DNA from: a virus
Taxonomy: Duplodnaviria > Heunggongvirae > Uroviricota > Caudoviricetes
IMG/VR virus record: IMGVR_UViG_2737471834_000004
DNA length: 6,265 bases
Reading direction: 5' to 3' (one strand)
Numbering within the stretch: position 1 is the first letter of the stretch; every line of letters begins with the position of its first letter. Made by a program: the position numbers and the translations under genes. The notes under the pieces were generated by a model, which was given only the letters and a program-made list of their open reading frames with translations, made no database searches and had not been told where the DNA came from. Of the stretch, positions 1-6,177 are shown piece after piece.

Positions 1-82
1 GTAAGTTGGCAGCATCACCCATGCGCAATATATAGAACAGCGAAGAAATATGATGCAATTTTATAGTGATTTCATTTTAAAC

Positions 83-109
83 CTTCCCCTCTCTGAGTGA
101 GAAGGGAAG
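83..109 (-). terminator. Possible weak intrinsic terminator downstream of the 890-aa ORF
   Basis: Inverted repeat cttccc(c)tctc / gaga(a)gggaag at 83-109, 9 nt beyond the TAA stop. On the minus-strand RNA it is followed by UUUAAAAUGAAAU, an A/U-rich but short U-tract. Confidence 0.3.
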
Positions 110-117
110 TAGAGCGA

Positions 118-2790
118 TTACTGAATACCGTATTTCTTCTCGCGGACAGAAAACGCAATATGTCCGCCTTCAAGGATAGAGCAAATATGATGTCTTATAC
201 CTTGTTGCATTCTTATATTACCATCTTCTATTGCTCCCACTTCATAACTGATAACATCACCATCATAATTAGCAACAATTACTTGTTCTGAATCAGAGTT
301 AATAACCAGATTTGCATTGTGTGTAACAATGATTACTTGTCGATATTTTTTTATTTTTTTGAACAAAGGAACCAATTGCTTCATAATAAAACTATTATCA
401 AGATCATCCTCTGGCTGATCAAATACAAATGGGCTACCAAAAGGATCTGTTGCAAGTTTCAAGCTTACATAAAAAGTCCCACGCTGGCCAACTGATAGTT
501 GGTCAACAGTCTTACCTTTATAGGTAAATTCCGCATTAACATATAAATAATTCTTTATCTTTTCTGGAGAAAACAAATAATGCATTAATTCATATCGTCC
601 TCCTTGATTAAAGTACTCACTTTTCCAGAAAAAATCCTCTATTGTAATTAATTCACCATCTCCATCCGTGCTAATTACTTTATCATTGTTTAACAGCTTA
701 ACAAAATCAGTATATGATTGTACATTAAATGTATCCGTTAACTTTTGTCGTGTTGATTTTTCATTTGATGCTCTAAATTTCCCGCGATTAATACAACCTT
801 CTAATCCTGCATAGAACTTATCATTATCAAAGATAATTGACCCACGAATATTTATGTCGGATAAAATATCTCTAACAATCTGGTTTTGCTCTTTGTTCCA
901 ACTATCATTTTCAATATGAAGAGAATCGTATAAAGATTGTATTTCTGTAACTTGCTCTTCTATATATTTACTATATTTCACTGCAAAATCACTGCGCTCT
1001 CTTACATAAGCAAAGTATCGTTTTTTATTTTCCTCTATTTCTTTTATTTTAGCCTTCGCTTTATCTATGTTTTCTTGATATTCACTTAACTTACTTAACA
1101 ACGATGACACATCCTGATTAATACCTTGATCAAGGAAAGATTTTTTAATTTCTTCATTTTTTAACCTCACAGCCTCTATATCATCATTAATCACACGAGC
1201 ATTTTTTTCTAAAATCTCATAGTAAACAGAAGCATCTGTCAAAGGTAATTCAGGCACAATAACAGATAATTCATTGTAACTTTTAATACGTTCGTTAATT
1301 TCAGAAAAACCTCTTCGAATAAAAGCAATCAACTCTTGATTTCTACTCAATGCCAACTGGAGTTTGTTAATTGACTCAGAATTTTTCTGATATTCAACAA
1401 TGAGTTCTTTATTTTTAGGATTAGTTAATGTTTCAGTTAGCTTTTGATTTTCTTCAATAATTTTTGTCTGGAATGCATCAGTATTAATTCTATTTCCATA
1501 ATTATCTGATTGCGTCCAATAATCTACGAACGTTCTATATTTCGAAAGATTATCTAGCAATAAACTCATATTTGCAGAGTCATATTGTTTTTCTCTAATC
1601 CCAAGCATTCTTTTAATTTCACTGCTTAGGCTTTCTGGATTTTTTGCAAAATTAACAATGTCACCTTGTGAAACATGGAGATAACTATATGGTGATGAAT
1701 TCTCCGAGTTAAACAAAATAGAGGATTCTTCACCATAACCTTTATCTAAGAATACACTTACACCTTTAGCGACCACGTTTCTTTCCGATGTTAAAAAGGA
1801 ATCTGGCATTAATACTTTTTTCATTGCATCAAGGAATATACTTTTCCCAGTGCCTCTACCACCAATTATTGAAACCATATTCCTATTTAATGGTATTGTC
1901 TGTTCTTTAAAGGAAAGATTATTTCCCTCGAAAATATTACCTGATAAATTTATCTGACTAAAATACGGTTTAACGTATGATAAATCAATAAAATCATCTG
2001 ATTGTTGAACCCTTTCCGCTGGCTCAAATAGAGTTTGTCGTAACCCTTGGAATGACGGCTTTGCTTTTACCCAAGTATATTTACTACCAATCTGATTAAA
2101 ATCATGTGCATCAGAGCATACAAAAACTGGTTTTCTAGGAGCATCTTCATATCGTGTATCTGATAAAAAGAAATCACGATCTCTGGGCCGCCCCAATACA
2201 ATATCCCCTAATTTATCGATTTCTTTTGCAACAGCGACCGAACGCCCCTCTTTCTTCTCTGGGTGAAATCCACCATATCCATTAGGACAAATCGCTATAA
2301 AGAAATCCCTGCCAATAACAAAGTCATTTTTTAGGCCTTCGCACAATGTTTCATAATTGATAATTGCCTCATTAAAGTTAATACCCGACTCATCCATAGA
2401 ATCTTTACTACACCAAATAGTCTTTCCATCATCTGTGGTGTTTTGAAGTTTTATTCTTGATAACACCTTATTTATTTTTTCTGATGGTATATCTTCAGAA
2501 AAAATTGCATGTATATTTATCCACTCACCAGATTTATTGGGCTGCGCAATTCTAAATTCAATATTTGCCAATATACACACAGCATATTCTTTCTCAGAAA
2601 ATTTCTTGCGTATAGTTTCAAGCTCATCTTTTGCTAAAAACCAATAATTTGTCACAGCAATAAGTTTTAAATTATTTTTAATAACAGCATCAACATATAA
2701 ATCAATATCCTTTGGTTGATAGTTGTTATTGACATGCGTTAATGGTGAATGTATGTGAAGATCCCATTTATTCCAAGTTGAACCAATCAT
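118..2790 (-). CDS. PHP-domain phosphoesterase fused to SMC/Rad50-like ABC ATPase with coiled-coil insert; candidate anti-phage defence protein
   Basis: Uninterrupted 890-codon ORF, ATG at 2790-2788, TAA at 120-118, AGGA about 7 nt upstream of the ATG. Hand-counted motifs: PHP motif I DLHIHS (aa 10-15) and terminal SDAH (aa 226-229); Walker A GGRGTGKS (aa 309-316); K/E/Q/L-rich region aa ~440-650; ABC signature-like LSVGQ (aa 765-769); Walker B-like FVFDQPEDDLD (aa 788-798); H-loop VTHN (aa 822-825). Strongly AT-rich, Asn/Lys/Ile-rich codon usage unlike the flanking P4 core. Confidence 0.85.
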   Translation of the reverse strand: MIGSTWNKWDLHIHSPLTHVNNNYQPKDIDLYVDAVIKNNLKLIAVTNYWFLAKDELETIRKKFSEKEYAVCILANIEFRIAQPNKSGEWINIHAIFSEDIPSEKINKVLSRIKLQNTTDDGKTIWCSKDSMDESGINFNEAIINYETLCEGLKNDFVIGRDFFIAICPNGYGGFHPEKKEGRSVAVAKEIDKLGDIVLGRPRDRDFFLSDTRYEDAPRKPVFVCSDAHDFNQIGSKYTWVKAKPSFQGLRQTLFEPAERVQQSDDFIDLSYVKPYFSQINLSGNIFEGNNLSFKEQTIPLNRNMVSIIGGRGTGKSIFLDAMKKVLMPDSFLTSERNVVAKGVSVFLDKGYGEESSILFNSENSSPYSYLHVSQGDIVNFAKNPESLSSEIKRMLGIREKQYDSANMSLLLDNLSKYRTFVDYWTQSDNYGNRINTDAFQTKIIEENQKLTETLTNPKNKELIVEYQKNSESINKLQLALSRNQELIAFIRRGFSEINERIKSYNELSVIVPELPLTDASVYYEILEKNARVINDDIEAVRLKNEEIKKSFLDQGINQDVSSLLSKLSEYQENIDKAKAKIKEIEENKKRYFAYVRERSDFAVKYSKYIEEQVTEIQSLYDSLHIENDSWNKEQNQIVRDILSDINIRGSIIFDNDKFYAGLEGCINRGKFRASNEKSTRQKLTDTFNVQSYTDFVKLLNNDKVISTDGDGELITIEDFFWKSEYFNQGGRYELMHYLFSPEKIKNYLYVNAEFTYKGKTVDQLSVGQRGTFYVSLKLATDPFGSPFVFDQPEDDLDNSFIMKQLVPLFKKIKKYRQVIIVTHNANLVINSDSEQVIVANYDGDVISYEVGAIEDGNIRMQQGIRHHICSILEGGHIAFSVREKKYGIQ

Positions 2791-2838
2791 TTCTATTCCT
2801 TATCATTAATTGCTATATGTAAAAATAGATCCAGACGC

Positions 2839-2866
2839 ATTTTAAGCCAACAATAAAGATCTTCAA
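2839..2866 (-). promoter_or_regulatory. Candidate sigma70 promoter for the cargo gene
   Basis: On the minus strand: -35 TTGAAG (2866-2861), 16-nt spacer, -10 TAAAAT (2844-2839), about 45 nt upstream of the ATG at 2790. Pattern match only. Confidence 0.3.
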
Positions 2867-3023
2867 TAATAATCCACCCTATCGTCACTTTTTAAGCAGT
2901 TATATACTGATGAAACTGAACATTTCCATCTAATAACCCGAAAATTCGTTCATCTCCACATGTATGTAATGACAGGCTCCCCACGTAATGCCCTATAAAG
3001 TCTTTTTGGTAATAATACGCGCG

Positions 3024-3042
3024 GTGCTTTCCCCGCCTCGCC
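3024..3042 (-). other. cos: cos site (19-nt P2/P4-type cohesive end)
   Basis: Plus strand gtgctttccccgcctcgcc is the reverse complement of GGCGAGGCGGGGAAAGCAC, which I recall as the P2/P4 cohesive-end sequence. It lies downstream of psu, as in P4. Confidence 0.75.
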
Positions 3043-3066
3043 CGCCCGCTTTGCAGGGCGGTTTTA
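3042..3066 (+). terminator. GC hairpin plus T-tract abutting cos
   Basis: Stem ccgccc (3042-3047) / gggcgg (3056-3061), 8-nt loop, then TTTT (3062-3065) on the plus strand. Could terminate plus-strand transcription entering the cos/psu region or be a packaging-related structure. Confidence 0.3.
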
Positions 3067-3142
3067 ATGCAGTTGCACAGTCACGCTCAGGCCGTGCCGG
3101 GCGTGGCCTGGTCTGCAGGAAATGAGGCGGGAAAACGCATGC

Positions 3143-3176
3143 AAAGCCATGCACCTTATCGATGCATGGCTTTTTT
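3143..3176. terminator. Bidirectional intrinsic terminator between psu and cos
   Basis: Perfect 8-bp stem gccatgca (3146-3153) / tgcatggc (3163-3170), flanked by AAA upstream and TTTTTT (3171-3176) downstream on the plus strand. On the psu (minus) transcript the hairpin is followed by UUUGCAUGCGUUUU. Sits about 38 nt past the psu stop. Confidence 0.5.
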
Positions 3177-3207
3177 CAGTAAAAACGGGCGGATTTTTCG
3201 GGGAGTT

Positions 3208-3780
3208 TTACACAGACTGACGTGATGCCAGTTCTGCACTTTTACGCGAAAAAATCATGTTCTGCGCAGGGGTGAATTTTTCACGGCTGTCATCCACCGA
3301 AGCCGCGTCAGGCCTGAATCCGATGGTCGTTAAAATGTTGCTATCCTGTGCGGAATAATTAATTTTTTCCCCCTTCGCAAGCCAGGACAGAAGGGCTTCA
3401 CGCAGGGCATCTGTGGCACGCTGTATGGCACAGTTTCGGGCAATGGCCGTCAGCTCACTGTAGCCCATCAGCTCCGGTGCCAGTGCGGCCGCCAGTGCTG
3501 TGCCGTGCTGCTGCATAAAATCATTCAGCCGCTCGCGGATGCTGATGTGCTGAACGGCTTCATGCGAACGAACATAACGACCGGCGGCCTGATTCACCTG
3601 CCATTTTCTGACTTCGATAATATTGCGTAATTCGTCCAGGCGACTGACGTTTCTGCCTTCCCCGGACAGAAGCCGCAGATATTCCTGTTCGGCTGCCGCC
3701 AGTTCATTTTTGCGCTGAAGCCATGCCGCTTTGTTATTCTGGCAGACCTCAAAAGCCTGCTGTAATGACATTGTGGTCAC
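3208..3780 (-). CDS. psu: Psu (polarity suppression protein; Rho antagonist and capsid decoration protein)
   Basis: 190-aa ORF, the size I recall for P4 Psu, in the expected position after delta and before cos. The codon at 3780-3778 is GTG with AGGAGA about 7 nt upstream; an alternative ATG lies at 3771-3769. Identity asserted from memory, not searched. Confidence 0.85.
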   Translation of the reverse strand: MTTMSLQQAFEVCQNNKAAWLQRKNELAAAEQEYLRLLSGEGRNVSRLDELRNIIEVRKWQVNQAAGRYVRSHEAVQHISIRERLNDFMQQHGTALAAALAPELMGYSELTAIARNCAIQRATDALREALLSWLAKGEKINYSAQDSNILTTIGFRPDAASVDDSREKFTPAQNMIFSRKSAELASRQSV

Positions 3781-3794
3781 ACCCCGTCTCCTGA

Positions 3795-4040
3795 TTAATG
3801 GTTGAATGGTGAGCTGTAACAGCCTTTAACTTTTCGGACAACAGCCGGTGCTGTGCTTACCGGTGCTGGTTTTTCCTCCGTGACCGGAGAACGAATCACG
3901 GCACAAATTGACTCATGCGTTTTAAATGTCGCCGAACAGTAAATATTCTGGCACTGCAGATAACTTTCTTTGACATTGTCACTCACATACCGGCTGGTGC
4001 GGGTATGCGCTGAATGACGACAGAAAGGGCAGCGCATCAT
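3795..4040 (-). CDS. delta: Delta/Ogr-family zinc-finger late-gene activator, single-domain form
   Basis: 81 aa with C-x2-C...C-x4-C (CPFC ... CQNIYC) typical of the Ogr/Delta family. ATG at 4040-4038 overlaps the sid stop as ATGA (4037-4040). Located between sid and psu as in P4. Confidence 0.85.
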   Translation of the reverse strand: MMRCPFCRHSAHTRTSRYVSDNVKESYLQCQNIYCSATFKTHESICAVIRSPVTEEKPAPVSTAPAVVRKVKGCYSSPFNH

Positions 4041-4771
4041 GACAGCAGTCCTCTGGCCTTAAGCTCTGCTCCCTGCTGGTCTATTTTGTCCTGCCACACC
4101 TTGCGCTGTGCCGGTGTGCCTGCCACCTCATAATCCATGTGCGGGAGTGTTGCCGCTGACAGCCCGGTCAGCCGGAGAACCGGCTCGCCGCTGAGGCTGA
4201 TTTGTATCTGTTTAATTTTCTGTTCCAGCGATGATTTCACCTGCTGCATGACAGCCTTTTCCGGTGCGACGTAGCCCTGATGGCCGGTGGTGTTGGCGAG
4301 CGGATTTTCCTGTACCAGGATGCTCAGATGCATTGCCCGGACAAGCACCTCACAGGTTTCATTCAGGGCGTGTTCCAGCTCATGCTCTGCATACAGACTC
4401 AGAAGGTGATGATGTGCCTTCCGGTAGGCGGTGGCCGTGCTGTCACACGCCCCTTTCAGGCGTTCACGTTCGAAATTCAGCACCACGGCCAGATTGTCAT
4501 ATTCCTGTACCAGCTCCCGGCGTGCCACGCGCTCAATGTGGCGCTGTTTCAGCTCGTCGCTCAGGACACCACCGGCTGCACGAAAGGCCGTGCGCCAGTC
4601 GTCAGCGTCGTTTCCGTCGGCCTGCGTCAGCGCATTTTTTTCCTGCTCTGCCCGTTCAATGGCCGTGACGGTCTCATCCATCAGGCGGGCGTTCTCAAGA
4701 TGGGCGGCTCTGGACTTTTCCAGTTGTGCCAGTGCGGGTTGCAGATATTCAGGGATAGTGTGGTCAGACAT
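4037..4771 (-). CDS. sid: Sid (capsid size determination, external scaffold)
   Basis: Start placed at the ATG 4771-4769 (MSDHTIPEYLQ...), giving 244 aa, the size I recall for P4 Sid, with GAGGAG 8 nt upstream. The ORF-track start at 4837 is rejected because it lies upstream of the predicted Psid start site. First gene of the sid-delta-psu operon. Confidence 0.85.
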   Translation of the reverse strand: MSDHTIPEYLQPALAQLEKSRAAHLENARLMDETVTAIERAEQEKNALTQADGNDADDWRTAFRAAGGVLSDELKQRHIERVARRELVQEYDNLAVVLNFERERLKGACDSTATAYRKAHHHLLSLYAEHELEHALNETCEVLVRAMHLSILVQENPLANTTGHQGYVAPEKAVMQQVKSSLEQKIKQIQISLSGEPVLRLTGLSAATLPHMDYEVAGTPAQRKVWQDKIDQQGAELKARGLLS

Positions 4772-4861
4772 TTTCCGGCTCCTCGTCACTTCAGGTTGAG
4801 AAAATTGTGACGTACACCGGACAACAACACGACGCATTGCAGATGTGCCAGCCCTGACACA
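4772..4861 (-). promoter_or_regulatory. Psid late promoter with Delta/Ogr box
   Basis: TGT-N12-ACA dyad (tgtgccagccctgacaca) at 4844-4861. Placing its centre near -55, as for P2/P4 late promoters, puts the start site near 4797, downstream of the ATG at 4837 and upstream of the sid ATG at 4771. Confidence 0.55.
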
Positions 4862-4915
4862 GGAGACTCATCCTCAGACCGGCAAGCCAGGAAAAGGTCG
4901 CAGGAAAAACCGGCT

Positions 4916-5090
4916 TACTGTTTGTTTTTTTATATTTTACTGTTCACCTCTGTTCACCATAAGAAAAAAGATAAGTAATACAGTAAGTTAAAGGGTGAAC
5001 AATCGCAGTAATGACTGTTCACCGTCTGTTCACCACTGTTCACCCGTTGATGGGCTTTTTGTGCTGTTTATTACTGTTTGTTTTTATTAA
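4916..5090. repeat. crr-like iteron cluster (alpha-protein binding type I repeats, TGTTCACC)
   Basis: Direct copies of cTGTTCACC at 4940-4948, 4950-4958, 5015-5023, 5026-5034, 5036-5044 (10-11 bp phasing) and an inverted copy GGTGAACA at 4994-5001. Flanked by two copies of tactgtttgttttt(t)at at 4916-4933 and 5072-5087. TGTTCACC is the octamer I recall for P4 ori/crr. Confidence 0.65.
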
Positions 5091-5148
5091 TTCGTCGGGA
5101 ATGAATAAGAAAAAACGATTTGTATTTCACTATAAAAATTACGAATTG

Positions 5149-5178
5149 CTTTAAGTGGCTTTAAATGACTTTAAGTGG
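5149..5178 (+). promoter_or_regulatory. Three tandem 10-bp repeats upstream of PLL; candidate operator
   Basis: ctttaagtgg (5149-5158), ctttaaatga (5159-5168), ctttaagtgg (5169-5178), exactly contiguous and in helical phase, about 30 bp upstream of the PLL Delta box. Confidence 0.4.
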
Positions 5179-5203
5179 AGATGAACAAAAAACACACAAG
5201 CAT

Positions 5204-5275
5204 TGTAAGGCTGCCGGAACAAATCCCCCCTGTTGCGTCTGCTGAAAATATTCACAAAATAAAACGCTACCCGAA
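5204..5275 (+). promoter_or_regulatory. PLL (Delta-activated late-left promoter) with Delta/Ogr box
   Basis: TGT-N12-ACA (tgtaaggctgccggaaca) at 5204-5221. Predicted start site near 5268, about 55 nt upstream of the vis ATG and about 395 nt upstream of the candidate PLE start site, matching the ~400 nt PLL-PLE spacing reported for P4. Confidence 0.5.
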
Positions 5276-5323
5276 GCCGGACGGACTTATCCGGTGCTGT
5301 ATGGACATTAACGAGGTAGCCCG

Positions 5324-5590
5324 ATGCAAGCTGTTTTTTCTTCCCCGTCTCCTGCCCCTGTGACGCCACTGATGCCGCTGCCGGACATCACACAGGAGCG
5401 TTTTTTACGTCTGCCGGAAGTGATGCACCTGTGCGGCCTGTCACGCTCGACCATCTATGAACTCATCCGTAAGGGGGAATTTCCGCCGCAGGTGAGTCTT
5501 GGCGGTAAAAATGTGGCCTGGCTGCACTCTGAAGTCACCGCATGGATGGCCGGCCGCATTGCCGGACGCAAACGGGGGTATGACGCATGA
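5324..5590 (+). CDS. vis: Vis / AlpA-family helix-turn-helix regulator
   Basis: 88 aa with AlpA-like HTH core ([29 protein letters not shown] ... [12 protein letters not shown]). GAGG 7 nt upstream of the ATG at 5324. First ORF downstream of the PLL candidate, as for P4 vis; stop TGA overlaps the next ORF start as ATGA (5587-5590). Confidence 0.75.
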   Translation: MQAVFSSPSPAPVTPLMPLPDITQERFLRLPEVMHLCGLSRSTIYELIRKGEFPPQVSLGGKNVAWLHSEVTAWMAGRIAGRKRGYDA

Positions 5591-6177
5591 TGATGCCCGC
5601 TCTGCAAAAACTCCCTTTTTCTGGCTTGCCTTTTTCCGGCATTTGCGGATATAGTTTTTCCGTTGCCGCAAAATCGGCAGCCGGGCGTGAGAACCCGTGT
5701 AACTCGAAGGCGACATATGACGCGCCATGCGTCTTTTTTTGTGTCGCAATCAACGCCACAGAGCGCCAGATTATGGTGTGGCGTGTGGTTTGCCGTGCAG
5801 GTATGATCCTGTTCGCAATCGCATGTTATGCCACTGAGTCAATGGTAGCTCAGGCGGGGCAGCCTCCGGGCTGGCCGGTATTCTTCGAGGCCGGTATTCT
5901 CACCCCCGTCTGGGCTATCGCCATCGAGCGTGAGAACTCCGGCGATAGCAGTTATTTGCTACTCGAAGGAGGCTGCCTTATGGCTACAACCCTTACCCCC
6001 TCACACCCTGAATTTGTCTTTGTGTTTGCGGCTGTCCGTCGCGCAGACCGTCATCCCCGTATCTGCATGCTTCGCACCGTCGCCGGTGATGAACGCAGCG
6101 CCCGCCGTTCCCTTGTCCGTGACTATGTGCTCTCCCTTGCTGCCCGTCTGCCGGTGGTGGAGGTGTCCCGTGCGTAA
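5587..6177 (+). CDS. eta: Eta-like ORF (long nested ORF of the left operon)
   Basis: 196-codon ORF beginning with three consecutive ATGs (MMM) and overlapping the vis stop. P4 eta is described as 197-199 aa with three possible starts, beginning upstream of PLE and containing kil in frame. The amino-acid composition is unusual, so protein-level function is uncertain. Confidence 0.5.
   Translation: MMMPALQKLPFSGLPFSGICGYSFSVAAKSAAGRENPCNSKATYDAPCVFFCVAINATERQIMVWRVVCRAGMILFAIACYATESMVAQAGQPPGWPVFFEAGILTPVWAIAIERENSGDSSYLLLEGGCLMATTLTPSHPEFVFVFAAVRRADRHPRICMLRTVAGDERSARRSLVRDYVLSLAARLPVVEVSRA
5626..5655 (+). promoter_or_regulatory. Candidate PLE (constitutive early-left promoter) inside eta
   Basis: -35 TTGCCT (5626-5631), 18-nt spacer, -10 TATAGT (5650-5655). 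Located inside eta and upstream of kil, consistent with P4. Confidence 0.45.
5980..6177 (+). CDS. kil: Kil-like small protein (65 aa), nested in-frame in eta
   Basis: ATG at 5980 preceded by AAGGAGG (5966-5972) with 7-nt spacing. The 65-aa product matches the reported size of P4 Kil. Ends with a double stop TAATAA (6175-6180). Confidence 0.6.
   Translation: MATTLTPSHPEFVFVFAAVRRADRHPRICMLRTVAGDERSARRSLVRDYVLSLAARLPVVEVSRA

Noticed and set aside
97-291. 64-aa ORF on the plus strand
   Set aside because: Lies antisense inside the 3' end of the 890-aa gene and over its terminator hairpin; low-complexity AT-rich translation with no ribosome-binding site. Likely a shadow ORF.
118-2790. Possibility that the 890-aa gene is chromosomal sbcC or another housekeeping SMC-like repair gene
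   Set aside because: It carries an N-terminal PHP domain, which SbcC lacks, is shorter than SbcC, has no sbcD partner, is compositionally foreign and sits inside a satellite phage next to cos.
4264-4810. Three overlapping plus-strand ORFs (134, 176 and 122 aa) antisense to sid
   Set aside because: Mutually overlapping in different frames, Arg/Ser/Pro/Cys-rich translations typical of GC-rich antisense frames, and the region is fully accounted for by sid.
4772-4837. Longer sid ORF starting at the ATG at 4837 (266 aa)
   Set aside because: That ATG lies upstream of the predicted Psid start site and just beside the Delta box; the ATG at 4771 has a GAGGAG site and gives the 244-aa size expected for Sid.
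4940-5044. Possibility that the short repeats form a CRISPR array
   Set aside because: Units are only 8-9 bp with 1-2 bp between some copies, include an inverted copy, and match the P4 iteron octamer; there is no repeat-spacer architecture.
5151-5369. 72-aa minus-strand ORF and 62-aa plus-strand ORF (5175..5363) over the PLL region
   Set aside because: They overlap the tandem decamers, the Delta box and the vis start; no ribosome-binding sites. The region is better explained as promoter and operator DNA.
5441-5759. Minus-strand ORFs of 102 and 74 aa antisense to vis and eta
   Set aside because: Overlap each other and the vis/eta genes on the opposite strand; basic Arg-rich translations typical of antisense frames.
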